DNA from: an uncultured Gemmatimonadales bacterium
GTDB taxonomy: Bacteria; Gemmatimonadota; Gemmatimonadetes; Gemmatimonadales; GWC2-71-9
Length of the DNA stretch: 64,000 nt
Reading direction: 5' to 3'
Assembly (NCBI GenBank): GCA_963847895.1
Contig: CAWKBO010000001.1
Coordinates: 813,266-877,265, forward strand
Part shown: one piece after another, positions 19,641-29,699 of the stretch
How the letters are laid out: each line of letters starts with the position of its first letter
Numbering within the stretch: position 1 is the first letter of the stretch
Notes under the pieces: generated by a model
What the model was told of the DNA's origin: nothing
The model's input: only the letters and a program-made list of their open reading frames with translations
The model's database searches: none
Made by a program: the position numbers and the translations under genes

Positions 19641-20155
19641 GGGGCCCGCAGGAAGGTGACGGCCACGTCGCCCCAGCGGCGTGTCTCGCCGCCGTCGATC
19701 GTGACCTTGGGAGAATGCTCCACCGCGAGCAGTGGCGCAAATGGCGCCGCCTGCCACCGCGCGACAAGGCGGGGCGCGAAATCGATCGTGAACGGCGGAT
19801 CCGCGAGTACCACGTCGTAGGTCCCCGAGGCGATCGTCTCGAGGAACCGCATGGCATCGCCGCGCCGCACCGTGGTCCGCTCGGCTGCAGCAAGCGCCGT
19901 GATGTTGGCCGCCAGCGCGTCGAGGGAGGCGCGGTGCATCTCGACGAAGGTGGCATGCGCGGCGCCGCGCGAGAGTGCCTCGAGCCCGAGCGCACCGCTG
20001 CCGGCGAAGAGATCCAGCACCGTGGCACCCGACAGGTCGGGGGCCAGGATCGCCAGCCAGGCCTCGCGGACCCGTTCGGCAGTCGGTCGCACCCGAGCGT
20101 CGCGCGGCACCGTGAGTCGGCGCCCGCCCCAGGTGCCACTCACGATCCGGGTCAC
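19637..20155 (-). CDS. rsmD: 16S rRNA m2G966 methyltransferase
   Basis: RIVSGTWGGRRL, RPTAERVRE, LDLFAGSGALGLEALSRGA, DPPF; GTG start at 20155. Confidence 0.93.
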   Translation of the reverse strand: MTRIVSGTWGGRRLTVPRDARVRPTAERVREAWLAILAPDLSGATVLDLFAGSGALGLEALSRGAAHATFVEMHRASLDALAANITALAAAERTTVRRGDAMRFLETIASGTYDVVLADPPFTIDFAPRLVARWQAAPFAPLLAVEHSPKVTIDGGETRRWGDVAVTFLRAP

Positions 20156-21885
20156 CGGTCGGTGGGTCCCAGGGCCAGCACCCGTGCCTGGAGGGCGGAT
20201 CGGCCATTCCATGCGTTGCGCTCCAGCCGGAATGCCACGTCGACCGGCTCATCGAAGAGTCCCGCGGCCCGATCGGCCCAGTGGAAGGCGATCGCGTCGA
20301 GGCGGCGGCCCTGCGCCTCGAGGGTGGCCTTGAGGTGGTTGCTCCCGACGGTGCGGGCCCCCGTCAGGCGGGCAGCCCGCAACCCGAACACCGGGGCCGG
20401 ATTGCCCATCCCGCACGGCTCGAGGTGCCGACCCCAGCGCTCGAGGTCGTCGGTGACATCCTCGGGACCGAGCTCGAGATCGACTCGCTGCTCCGGACCA
20501 AGCTCGTCGGCCCCGAGCCGTGCGCGCGCCACGGCGGTGAAGCGCGCGCGAAACGCATCGACCTGGTCGCGCCGGATGGTGAGGCCGGCCGCCATTCGAT
20601 GCCCACCATATCGTTCCAGCAGGTCGGCACACTCGGTGAGCGCCGCGTGCAGGTCAAAACGCTCGACACTGCGCCCGCTCCCCTTCCCGATCTCGCCGTC
20701 GAGACCGATCAGGAAGGTCGGTCGGCCGAACCGCTCGACCACCCGCGAGGCGACGATGCCGACCACCCCCGGATGCCAGCCGTCACCAGCGAGCACGATG
20801 GCGCGATGTTCCTCCGGATCGGCGTATTGCGATTCGACCACCGCCAGGGCGTCCTCGAGGATCGCCTGGTCGATCGCCTGCCGTTCGCGGTTGAGTTGCT
20901 CCAGTCGGCTGGCCAGCGACGCCGCCTCGACCGGATCGTCGGTGAGCAACAACCGCAACCCGTCGCTCGCCTCGGCGATCCGCCCGGCGGCGTTGAGTCG
21001 CGGCGCCACGATGAAGCCCACCTGACCGGCACGGACCTCGGTCCGCTCGACGCCGGATGCCTCGAGCAGCGCGCGGAGCCCGACCCAGCGCGACCGGGGC
21101 AGCAGTCGCAGGCCGTGCTTCACGAGCACCCGATTCTCTCCCACCAGCGGCACTACATCGGCCACGGTCGCCAGCGCCACGAGGTCGAGGAGATGCCAGG
21201 GGAAGTTTTCCGGCAAGCCGAGCGGCTCGCGGAGCGCCTGGGCGAGCTTGAACGCGATCCCGGTGCCGGAGAGCGCCGTGAGCCCCGAGCGGTCGTCGGG
21301 ACGCTGGGGATCGACCACCGCCTCCGCCGCCGGGAGGACCGGCCCGGGCAGGTGATGGTCGGTCACGACCACCTGGAAGCCCGCCGCGCGTGCCGCCGCC
21401 ACTGTCTCGACCGCGGTGATACCGCAATCGCAGGTGACGATCAGCCGGGCGCCGACCCGCTCCGCCTCCCGGAGACCGGCCGGCCCGAAATCGTAGCCGT
21501 CGCGGAGCCGGTTGGGCACGAAGCCGTGCACCGGCACCCCGGCGGCCTGCAGCGTGCGCACCAGCAGCGCCGTGGCGCATTGGCCATCCACGTCGTAGTC
21601 GCCGTGCACCAGGATCGGGTCGCCAGCCGCTGCGACGCGCACGATCGTCGCGACCGCCTCGGCCATGCCGGCGAGGACGAACGGATCACTCAACGTGGCA
21701 AGATCGGGACGCAGGAAGGCGCGCGCCGCCTCGGGCGAGGCATGGCCGCGCTGCACGAGGATCGCGGCGAGCGGCAACGGCAGGTTGAGGGCGGCGGCGA
21801 GGGCACGCGCCGCCTCTCGGTCGGGGACCGGGGCAAGGCGCCAGCGCGGTGTCGGCGCCAACCCGGTACCCGGAGGGACGGTCAG
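20152..21885 (-). CDS. recJ: ssDNA-specific exonuclease RecJ
   Basis: HGDYDVDG, VTCDCG, VTDHH, ATVADVVPL, PRLNAAGR, GGHRMAAG. Start uncertain (21861-21885). Confidence 0.95.
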   Translation of the reverse strand: MTVPPGTGLAPTPRWRLAPVPDREAARALAAALNLPLPLAAILVQRGHASPEAARAFLRPDLATLSDPFVLAGMAEAVATIVRVAAAGDPILVHGDYDVDGQCATALLVRTLQAAGVPVHGFVPNRLRDGYDFGPAGLREAERVGARLIVTCDCGITAVETVAAARAAGFQVVVTDHHLPGPVLPAAEAVVDPQRPDDRSGLTALSGTGIAFKLAQALREPLGLPENFPWHLLDLVALATVADVVPLVGENRVLVKHGLRLLPRSRWVGLRALLEASGVERTEVRAGQVGFIVAPRLNAAGRIAEASDGLRLLLTDDPVEAASLASRLEQLNRERQAIDQAILEDALAVVESQYADPEEHRAIVLAGDGWHPGVVGIVASRVVERFGRPTFLIGLDGEIGKGSGRSVERFDLHAALTECADLLERYGGHRMAAGLTIRRDQVDAFRARFTAVARARLGADELGPEQRVDLELGPEDVTDDLERWGRHLEPCGMGNPAPVFGLRAARLTGARTVGSNHLKATLEAQGRRLDAIAFHWADRAAGLFDEPVDVAFRLERNAWNGRSALQARVLALGPTDR

Positions 21886-22598
21886 GCCGTCACCTCCTCC
21901 AGGTAGAGCAGTGCCCCGCACATCTCGCAACCTTCGAGCAGCAGGCCCTCGGCCTGCAGCTGACCGATCCGCGAGCTGGGGATGGCGGTATAGCACGCGG
22001 TGCAGATCGCGTTGTTGGCGGGCACCAGCACCTCGGTCTTGCGCGAATTGCGCAGCCGGTCGTAGCGATTGCGCAGCGTGCGGTTGAGCTCACTCGCGGC
22101 GATCTCCCGCTCGGCCTTCGCCGCGTCGTGCTCCGCCGACGCCTCGTCGATCTTCCGGTCGAGCTCCTGCCGAACCTCCGCCTGCTCTGCCTCGACTTCC
22201 ACGAGGCGTGCCTCGGCGGCACTGACCGCGGCCTCGCGCTGGGTTGCTTCCTCGGCGAGACGGAGCCACTCGCTCTCCTCCTGCGCCAGGATGCTGCGCG
22301 CCAGTTCCACGTCGGCCATCAACTGGGCCGCCACCCGCGGGTTGCGCTCCTGTTCCAGCCGCTGCCGGCGGCGCTCCTGGTGCACCCGCTGTGCCTCGAG
22401 CTTCTGGGCCCGTTCGTCGCGTCGGGTGGCGCTGTCGGCCAGCGCGCGTCGCGCCGACTCGATCTGGGTCTGCGCCCCCTCCAGCGCCGCGTCCAGGGCA
22501 GCGCGCTCGGTCGCGAGCGTCGCGAGGCCGGCGGCCAGTTCGGCCAGCCGGCGGTCCTTGCCCTGGACCTCCAGCAGCTTGGGCAGGTCGGGATGCAT
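21882..22598 (-). CDS. Coiled-coil / C4 zinc-ribbon protein (DUF164/CT398-like)
   Basis: Long coiled coil followed by CTAC...CEMCGALLY. Confidence 0.85.
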   Translation of the reverse strand: MHPDLPKLLEVQGKDRRLAELAAGLATLATERAALDAALEGAQTQIESARRALADSATRRDERAQKLEAQRVHQERRRQRLEQERNPRVAAQLMADVELARSILAQEESEWLRLAEEATQREAAVSAAEARLVEVEAEQAEVRQELDRKIDEASAEHDAAKAEREIAASELNRTLRNRYDRLRNSRKTEVLVPANNAICTACYTAIPSSRIGQLQAEGLLLEGCEMCGALLYLEEVTA

Positions 22599-24412
22599 CA
22601 GGTGTCACTCCTCGGAAACGGTTCGGCCGGCGGCCGCTGGGACCGGCGGGTGGTAGCAAGATACAACCGGAATCGGTGTTGCCCCTCTGGACTGAGCGCC
22701 CGCCAGCGACGATTCATCTCCATCGGATCGGGCTCGGCGGCGATCTGCGGGAAGGTGTGAATCTCCTCCAGCGCCTCCAATGCGCCGACATATTCATGGT
22801 CCGCCCCGGGGCCGCTCAGCGCCTCGTCGCTCCCCGCGAGACGCTGCCACACCTCGCGCGACCGGCCGTCGAGGCCGGTCAGGGCGTCGCCGACCGGTGC
22901 CCCCTCGGGGAGCGCCACCAGGGCGTCGAAGATGGCACGAAAGCTCGGTACCGCGAATCGATCGGGCGCGATCTCCCCCCGGGCCCGTTCGAGCCACTCG
23001 GGACGATGGAGCAGCAGCCGCAGCAGCTTGCGCTCGATTTCCGCACCCGGCGTCCGGGGAACGCGGTCCCCAGCCACCTCGGACCGTCGCGGGGCCGTCT
23101 CGCGCCGCGGTGGCGCAGGGGGCAGCGGCCGTGCGCGAACCGCTTCCGTCTCGGTCGCCACCACGTCCCGGGGAATCCCCAATCGTTCGGCCACCCGCGA
23201 CACATAGAGCTCCCGGGTCACCGGATCACTCGCGGCCCGGAGGGTGGGGAGCAGCTTGTCGAGTGCCTCGCGGGCCTTGTGCACGTCGGTGAACCAGCCG
23301 TGCCGCTCCAGGAGCTGCAACTTGCGCTCGAGCACGTCCACCGCATCGCCGAGCAGCGCCTCGACCGCCGCGGCCCCGCCCCGGCGCGCCACGTCGTCGG
23401 GGTCCTTCCCCTCGGGCATGGTGGCGACCCGCACCCGCATCCCTTCGGCCAACAGCAGGTCGCCGGCGCGGAACGTGGCGCGCAGCCCCGGGGGGTCGGA
23501 GTCGTAGCAGAGGATCACCTCACCGGTGTAGCGGTGGAGCAGCTTCCCCTGCGCCTCGGTGAGGGCGGTGCCGAGCGGCGCCACGACGTGGTCGAGCCCG
23601 ACCAGCGAGAGCCGCAGGGCATCGAAGTATCCCTCGACCACCACCGCACACTCCGCCTTCCGGATGGCGAGCTTGGCGACGTGGATGTGGTAGAGCTGCT
23701 CGCCCTTGTGGAAGATCGGTGTCTCGGGCGAGTTCAGGTACTTCGGCTCGCCGGGGCCGAGCAACCTCCCGCCGAAACCCACGACGCGACCGCGCAGGTC
23801 ATGGATCGGAAAGAGCAGCCGGTTCCGGAACCGCGGGAAGGACGAACCGTCGTCACGCCGCTGGATGAGAGCCGCCTCCTCGAGCACCGCCTGATCGATC
23901 CCGAGTTCGTGCATCGCCGCCAGGAACCCATCGCCCTTGGGTGCCCAGCCGAGCCCGTGTTCGGCCGCGGCATCGAGCGAGAACTCGCGACCCAACAGGT
24001 AGCGGCGCGCCGATTCGGCGTCGGGAGATTCGCGCAACTGTCGCGCGTACCACGCCTGCGCCGCGTCGCACGCCTGGAAGAGTGGCTCGCGCGGGTCCGG
24101 CCCGGCGCGCTCGGCCTGCTCGGGGATCACGATCCCCACTCGCCGGGCAACCTCCCGCACCGCGTCGGGATAATCCATGCCGAACCGCTCGCGGTACCAG
24201 GTGAAGACATCGCCGGCCGCATGGCACACAAAGCAATAGTAGAGGTTCTTGCGGGGGATGACGGCGAAGTTGCGATGGGTGCCGCCATGAAACGGGCAGG
24301 GTCCGCGCCAGTCGGTCCCGGTCCGCTTGAGTTGCACCGACTCCTGGACGATCTCCAGCAGGTCGGCGGCATCACGGACCTGCTCGATCACCTCGTCGGG
24401 GATCCTGGCCAT
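22598..24412 (-). CDS. dnaG: DNA primase
   Basis: CPFH...CFVC zinc finger, FRNRLLFPI, KYLNSPET, VEGYFD, YDSD TOPRIM. Confidence 0.97.
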   Translation of the reverse strand: MARIPDEVIEQVRDAADLLEIVQESVQLKRTGTDWRGPCPFHGGTHRNFAVIPRKNLYYCFVCHAAGDVFTWYRERFGMDYPDAVREVARRVGIVIPEQAERAGPDPREPLFQACDAAQAWYARQLRESPDAESARRYLLGREFSLDAAAEHGLGWAPKGDGFLAAMHELGIDQAVLEEAALIQRRDDGSSFPRFRNRLLFPIHDLRGRVVGFGGRLLGPGEPKYLNSPETPIFHKGEQLYHIHVAKLAIRKAECAVVVEGYFDALRLSLVGLDHVVAPLGTALTEAQGKLLHRYTGEVILCYDSDPPGLRATFRAGDLLLAEGMRVRVATMPEGKDPDDVARRGGAAAVEALLGDAVDVLERKLQLLERHGWFTDVHKAREALDKLLPTLRAASDPVTRELYVSRVAERLGIPRDVVATETEAVRARPLPPAPPRRETAPRRSEVAGDRVPRTPGAEIERKLLRLLLHRPEWLERARGEIAPDRFAVPSFRAIFDALVALPEGAPVGDALTGLDGRSREVWQRLAGSDEALSGPGADHEYVGALEALEEIHTFPQIAAEPDPMEMNRRWRALSPEGQHRFRLYLATTRRSQRPPAEPFPRSDT

Positions 24413-26781
24413 CAGGCGAGCACCGCGATCGTCACGCCGGTGCCACCCTGCTGACGGGGGGCGAAGTCGAACGCCGTCACCCGCCGGTCACGGCCAAGCA
24501 CCTCGCGCACCACCTCTCGCAACACTCCGGTTCCCATGCCGTGAATGATGCGCAGGTGCGGCTGCTCCGCCAGCACCGCCCCGTCGAGGGCCGCCAGGAC
24601 GGTGCTCTCCGCCTCGTCGGCCCGCATGCCACGCAAGTCGATCTCCCATGGCGCCTCGTGCGCCGGCCCATCGGGCACCCGGACAGCCGGTCGCACGCTC
24701 GCGGTCGATTCGTGCGGCTTGAGGCGACCGAGCGTGCCGGCCTTCACCACCAGCCGCATCGCGCCCACTTGCACCACCGCCCGGCCATCGCCACGCAGCT
24801 CCACCAACGCGCCTGCCGCCCCGGTCGAGAGCTTGACCCGGTCGCCCACCGTGAGCCGGCCCGGATCGGCCAGCTCCTCGGCCTCCCCCTCGTCGAGGCG
24901 GGCGGCCACCTGCCGGATCCCCTCCTCCACCAGGCGGCGGGCCTCCTTCGCCGCGGCCTCGTCGGCGGCCCCCTTGGCGAGCGACAGCGCCTCCTCGACC
25001 CGGCGACGGGCCTCCAGCAGGTACGCCTTGGCCTGCCGGGCCCGCTCGCGCTCGGCGTCCTTCTCCTGGCGGCGCAGTTCCGCCTCCCGGGTCGCCTGAT
25101 CCCGCTCCCGGGCCGCGACCACGGCCTCGCGTCGGTCGGTCTCGACCGTGCGTTCGATCAGGGCGTGCTCGTCGTGACGCAGCTCCTGCTCGCGTCCCTC
25201 GACGCTCGCGAGCAGCCGATCCAGTTCGCGCTCGGCCTCGGGCACCAGCGACTCCGCCGCATCGAGCACCTCGCGCGCCACGCCCAGGCGGCGGGCGATG
25301 GCGATGCCATAGGAGCGCCCGGGAAGTCCCTTGGTGAAGCGGTAGGTCGGGGAGAGCGTGGCAGCGTCGAACTGCAGCGAACCGTTGACCACGCCGGGGA
25401 CCCGCGTGGCCAGCGTCTTGAGTGCCCCGAGGTGCGTCGTGGCCAGGGTGAGCGCGCCGCGACGGGTGAGCTCCTCGAGGACCGCCATCGCCAGCGCCCC
25501 GCCCTCGGCGGGGTCGGTGCCGGAACCGATCTCGTCGAGGATCACCAGTGACGATCGCTCGGCGCCATCGAGAATGCGGCGCAGCTCGGCCACGTGGGCC
25601 GAGAAGGTCGAGAGGTCGGCTTGCAGCGACTGGTGATCGCCGATGTCCACAAAGACGCGCGTCACCAGCGGCACCCGTGACCCGCTGCCGACCGGGGGGA
25701 TCACTCCGCTGGCCGTGAGGAGCATCACCAGGCCGACGGTCTTGAGGAGTACCGTCTTGCCGCCGGTGTTGGGACCCGAGATGAGCAGCGTCCGTTCGGC
25801 CGGCTCGAGCACCAGCGTGAACGGCACGACGGCGATGCCGCGCGCGAGGAGGAGCGGATGCCGCGCTTCATGGAGCGCGAGCTCGCCCCCGGGGCCGGTG
25901 AGTTCGGGGCACTCCGCGTCGCAGTCGAACGCCCAGTCGGCGCGCGCCACCAGGGTGTCGACCGTCACCGCCATCTCATGCAGTGCGGCGATCGCCTCGC
26001 GTTCCGGCCGGAGCGACTCGGTGAGCGCCCGCAGCACGGCGAGCACCTCGCGCTCCTCGGCGATCACCGCGGCCCGGAGTGCGTTGCCGAGGGCGATCGC
26101 GGCGGTCGGCTCGATGAACAGGGTGCCAGCGGAGCCGGACTCGTCGTGGATGATGCCGTCGGGTCGGCCACGCGCGTCGCGCCGGACAGGGATCACGTAG
26201 CGGCCGCCGCGCATCGTCACCGCACCGGCCCCGCCACTGTCGAGATCGCGGAGCATTCCCTCCAGCCGCTTGACGAGTCGCTCGCGGGCCGCGTGCACCT
26301 CGCGCCGGGCCGCCGCGAGGGCTGGGCTGGCGCTGTCGAGCAATTCGCCGTCGTCACCGATCGCCCGTTCCAGCGCACGCTCCATGGCCCGGTCCGCCGG
26401 TGGGATCCGGAGCGCGGCAACGGAGGGCGCGGCCTCGGTCACCCGCTCGAGTTCGGTGGCGATCATCCGCCCGGCCACGAGGGTCCGCTGGACGTCGGCC
26501 AGCTCGCCGAGTTCGAGCACGCTCCCCTCCACCCGCAGGCGGGCGAGGGCCCCGTGCAGGGCAGGAACCGCCGACACCTCGAGGCGCTCGCCGCGACGAT
26601 GGAGCGCGAGCAGCTCGGCGACCTGCCGGAGTTGTGCGGTGATGGTGGGCGAATCGTGGCCCGGGCGAAGTGCGCGAAGCCGGCCGGCGGCGACCTCACC
26701 CGCGGCGCGACCGGCGATGACCTCGAGGACCGCGGTGAACTCGAGCGAACCGAGTGCCGCCGTCGACTCGGCGGCGGTCAT
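24412..26781 (-). CDS. mutS2: MutS2 family ATPase/endonuclease with Smr domain
   Basis: ISGPNTGGKT, DLSTFSAH, LDEIGSGTDP, TTH, C-terminal IDLRG...IIHGMGTG. Confidence 0.94.
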   Translation of the reverse strand: MTAAESTAALGSLEFTAVLEVIAGRAAGEVAAGRLRALRPGHDSPTITAQLRQVAELLALHRRGERLEVSAVPALHGALARLRVEGSVLELGELADVQRTLVAGRMIATELERVTEAAPSVAALRIPPADRAMERALERAIGDDGELLDSASPALAAARREVHAARERLVKRLEGMLRDLDSGGAGAVTMRGGRYVIPVRRDARGRPDGIIHDESGSAGTLFIEPTAAIALGNALRAAVIAEEREVLAVLRALTESLRPEREAIAALHEMAVTVDTLVARADWAFDCDAECPELTGPGGELALHEARHPLLLARGIAVVPFTLVLEPAERTLLISGPNTGGKTVLLKTVGLVMLLTASGVIPPVGSGSRVPLVTRVFVDIGDHQSLQADLSTFSAHVAELRRILDGAERSSLVILDEIGSGTDPAEGGALAMAVLEELTRRGALTLATTHLGALKTLATRVPGVVNGSLQFDAATLSPTYRFTKGLPGRSYGIAIARRLGVAREVLDAAESLVPEAERELDRLLASVEGREQELRHDEHALIERTVETDRREAVVAARERDQATREAELRRQEKDAERERARQAKAYLLEARRRVEEALSLAKGAADEAAAKEARRLVEEGIRQVAARLDEGEAEELADPGRLTVGDRVKLSTGAAGALVELRGDGRAVVQVGAMRLVVKAGTLGRLKPHESTASVRPAVRVPDGPAHEAPWEIDLRGMRADEAESTVLAALDGAVLAEQPHLRIIHGMGTGVLREVVREVLGRDRRVTAFDFAPRQQGGTGVTIAVLA

Positions 26782-27230
26782 CCCTGGCCGAGTGCCTCGC
26801 GGGCGATCCGGTTGACGGTCTTGCCGTCGGCCTTGCCCTTGAACTGTGCCATGAGGCGACCCATGAGCTTGCCGAGGTCGGATGCACCGGCGGCGATGGC
26901 GGCCTCGGCGGCGGCGCGAATCTCGGCCGGATCGGCCTCCGGCGGCAGGTAGCCCTTGAGGGCGTCGAGCTCCGCCTGTTCGCGATCGGCCAGGTCGGTG
27001 CGCTTCGCTGCGGTGTACTGCTCCACCGAATCGTGCCGCTGCTTGATCTGCTTGCGCAGCACCTCGACCACGTCGTCGTCGGTGAGCTCGCGTCTCAGTT
27101 CGATCTCGCGGTTCTTCAATGCGGCAAGGACCGTCCCCAGCAGCAGGGTCCGGTCCTTGTCAGTGGCCTTCCGCGCGGCGACCTGGTCGCTGCGCAGCGT
27201 GGCGAGGAGCTCAGGCACGGGAGCGTCCAC
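26778..27230 (-). CDS. GatB/YqeY domain protein
   Basis: [13 protein letters not shown]...YLP...GKLMG...GKADG; follows rpsU. Confidence 0.92.
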   Translation of the reverse strand: MDAPVPELLATLRSDQVAARKATDKDRTLLLGTVLAALKNREIELRRELTDDDVVEVLRKQIKQRHDSVEQYTAAKRTDLADREQAELDALKGYLPPEADPAEIRAAAEAAIAAGASDLGKLMGRLMAQFKGKADGKTVNRIAREALGQG

Positions 27231-27402
27231 GACGGTTCTTCCGCTGGGCCGCGTTCATCTTGCGCTTCTTCTTCTCGCTCGGCTTTTCGTAGTGCCGATG
27301 CTTGCGAAGATCGGACAGGATGCCCGCCTTTTCGCACTTCTTCTTGAAGCGCTTCAGCGCCCGCTCGAAGCTCTCGTCATCGTGGATGATGACTTCCGAC
27401 AT
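27211..27402 (-). CDS. rpsU: 30S ribosomal protein S21
   Basis: [42 protein letters not shown]. Confidence 0.97.
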   Translation of the reverse strand: MSEVIIHDDESFERALKRFKKKCEKAGILSDLRKHRHYEKPSEKKKRKMNAAQRKNRRGRSRA

Positions 27403-27561
27403 TCCGTGAATCACCCCTCTCGAGCCCCCGGCGAGGGGGCGGTTGGTGCATAGACCTTCAAATATAGGGCTGAGTGGCGGTTGGGGGTAGGGTGGATCGG
27501 CCGCCTGTCGGGTGCTCCCGGAGCCAATAGCTTTCCGTCTCCCCCCGTCCCCCGAGCCGCC

Positions 27562-28126
27562 ATGCGTCCCCTCTTCCTGCTTCTCGGCCTCCTCGACCCG
27601 ATCATCGCTGGCCAGGCCCAGACTCCTCGCATCCCCCCGCCAGTCGGCTCGGCGGTCACCTGGGTCGGCCACGCCACCGACACCTCACGCGGCAGCGGTG
27701 GCTCCGGACTCCCGATTGAGGGGATGGCTATCGGGGCGGGGTTGCTGGCGATCCCGGCAATCATCTGCGCAATCGATGGCAAACCCGACGGGGATTACGT
27801 CGACTGCGACCTGCGCCTCATCGTGGCGTCGGCAGCGATCGGGGCGCTGCTCGGCGGGCTGGCTCAGGGCCTGCTCTCCCCTGCCCACCCGCGGGACAGC
27901 ACCAGCGCCTGGATTCCACTGGGTCGTCCCGGCCAGCGTCTGTGGCGCGCAGCCCATGGCCTTCCCTGGCAGGGTACCGTGGGCGGGTGGAGTGCTCGGC
28001 TGGGGGCTGGTGGCGGCGTTCTGTTCCACCGAAGACCCCAGCGATCACTGTGGTCGCCAGAAGCTCCAGGTGGCGCTGTTCGGCGCGGCGATCGGAGCCA
28101 CCATCGACCTGTTCGTCAGAGGCTAG
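27562..28126 (+). CDS. Hypothetical secreted/membrane protein with two Gly-zipper helix pairs, apparent +1 frameshift near 27880-27900
   Basis: Frame 1: signal-like [11 protein letters not shown], then [16 protein letters not shown]...C...AAIGALLGG. Frame 2: a similar module [14 protein letters not shown]...C...[11 protein letters not shown], stop at 28126. Confidence 0.5.
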
Positions 28127-28186
28127 GGCGCCGGGTCGGGTCCGCGACGGCCGTCGGGCTCGCCGTCCCTACGCCCGGGATTGCCC

Positions 28187-28537
28187 TCACGCCTCCACGT
28201 GGTTGGCCACCCACCGCGCGGAGGTCCCGCAGATCGAGCAAGCGGCCTTGCCGTCGCCATAGAGGACCATCTCCGCCTCCGCCTCGCAGGTGGGGCAGGT
28301 CGCCGTCACGGTACGGAGTCCCTCGGTCGGCAGGCCGAGCCGGACCAGCCGGGCAACCATCGAACTGGGTGCGGCCGCGCCGATCGGGCACATCGCCCCG
28401 GTGCATTGCTCGCCGATCTCGAGGCAGACCACTTCCTCGTCGTGCAGGGTGGCCTGGCCGTCGTGGGCGGGAGCCTCGGAGATCATCACCCGTACCTGCC
28501 GGTCACATGCGGAACAGAAGACCTTGGTGCCTTTCAT
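28187..28537 (-). CDS. Small Cys-rich putative metal-binding protein (116 aa)
   Basis: CSAC, C-x6-C-x4-CP, CPTC, CSIC (9 Cys); GGAGG SD; last gene of the kor-rnf cluster. Confidence 0.75.
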   Translation of the reverse strand: MKGTKVFCSACDRQVRVMISEAPAHDGQATLHDEEVVCLEIGEQCTGAMCPIGAAAPSSMVARLVRLGLPTEGLRTVTATCPTCEAEAEMVLYGDGKAACSICGTSARWVANHVEA

Positions 28538-28573
28538 CGGTCCCTCCGGGTCAGAACATCGGGCCTGTCGTGG

Positions 28574-29569
28574 TCAGGCAAGCGGCAACACCTCCGCGCC
28601 CGGCACCAGCCGCCGCACCAGTCGCTCGGCGGTGGCACCGCCGAGGCCGAAGACGGCCGTAGCCGCCGCATCGGCGTCGATACAGTGGTCGGCCTGCACG
28701 GTCACGCTGTGGAGCGGTCCGCTGCGCGGGACCGCCGTGGCGGGATCCATCAGGTGGTGGTAGCGGCGGCCGTGCCATGTGAAGTACTGGGCGTAGTCAC
28801 CCGAGGTGGCCACCGCCCGGTCGGCGATGTGGAGCGTGGTGGCGAGCACCCGTTCGTCGTCCGGCGAGCGGACGCCGACTGCCCACGGATCGCCATCCGG
28901 GGCGTGCCCCAGCGCGTGGAGGTCGCCCCCCACGTTGACGATCGCCTGGGTGACTCCATGATCGCGCAACGCGGCCACCGCGCGATCCACGCCGTGCCCC
29001 TTGGCGATTCCGCCGAGGTCGAGCCGCACCCGGGGATCGGTGAAACGCACCGCGGCGGTGCGGCCGGCATGGCTGAGATCCACGTGATGCCAGAATCCCC
29101 GCCCTGCCAGCGGTCGGACCGCCGTGGCCGGGGGCGGCTCGTGGCGATTGGCCACGTCCCAGAGCTCGATCACCGAGCCAAGCGCAGGGTCGAACCGTCC
29201 ATCGGTGGCCGAGGCCCACGACAGTGCCCGCTCGAGCACGCCGGCGGTCTCCGGCGCGATCGGGATGCCGTCGCGGGCTGCTCCAGCGTTGGCGCGGCCG
29301 ACGTCCGAGCCGGCACTGAAGCGGGTCATCTGCCGTTCCACGCGCCGCAGCTCGGCGATCGCCGCGTCGATCGCCGCCTCGGCGCGACGGGTGTCTCGAT
29401 CGACCACGGTGAGCTCGGCCATCGTCCCCATCAGCGGCACCGACCGCCGCACCACGAGGCGGCGCCTGGTGATCGCCAGCGGCAACGCGGCCAGCACGAA
29501 CACCCCGACCCCCACCCCGAGGAAGCGGCGACGGTCCAGACGCGGTCTCCCGTTCTCCTCAGCCGACAC
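28574..29569 (-). CDS. apbE: FAD:protein FMN transferase with Tat-like signal
   Basis: DRRRFL twin-Arg signal, LMGT, DLGGIAKG, VNVGGD, ATSGDY, HHLMDP, ADAAATA. GTG start at 29569, 6 nt after AAGGAGG. Confidence 0.92.
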   Translation of the reverse strand: MSAEENGRPRLDRRRFLGVGVGVFVLAALPLAITRRRLVVRRSVPLMGTMAELTVVDRDTRRAEAAIDAAIAELRRVERQMTRFSAGSDVGRANAGAARDGIPIAPETAGVLERALSWASATDGRFDPALGSVIELWDVANRHEPPPATAVRPLAGRGFWHHVDLSHAGRTAAVRFTDPRVRLDLGGIAKGHGVDRAVAALRDHGVTQAIVNVGGDLHALGHAPDGDPWAVGVRSPDDERVLATTLHIADRAVATSGDYAQYFTWHGRRYHHLMDPATAVPRSGPLHSVTVQADHCIDADAAATAVFGLGGATAERLVRRLVPGAEVLPLA

Positions 29570-29699
29570 GATCATCCTCCTTGCGATTGGCACAGCCACC
29601 GCCGCATCCCGGGCAATGACCGTCACAGCCCCGGCCACCGACGAGGCCGTAGGCCACGAACAGCAGGGCCATGGCACCGATCCCGATCGCGGGCGCCAT
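29559..29699 (-). CDS. 46-aa single-TM peptide with 4 Cys (NqrM-like / FeoB-associated Cys-rich-like)
   Basis: Manual translation MAPAIGIGAMALLFVAYGLVGGRGCDGHCPGCGGGCANRKEDDRVG. ATG overlaps the rnfA stop (TGATG) and the stop overlaps the apbE start; below the ORF-track size cutoff. Confidence 0.75.
   Translation of the reverse strand: MAPAIGIGAMALLFVAYGLVGGRGCDGHCPGCGGGCANRKEDDRVG

Noticed and set aside
18211..20252. Long N-terminal extensions on pta and coaD in the ORF track (also on rnfD, rnfC and PFOR elsewhere)
   Set aside because: The extensions overlap upstream genes in other frames; the real starts coincide with ATGA/TGATG overlaps.
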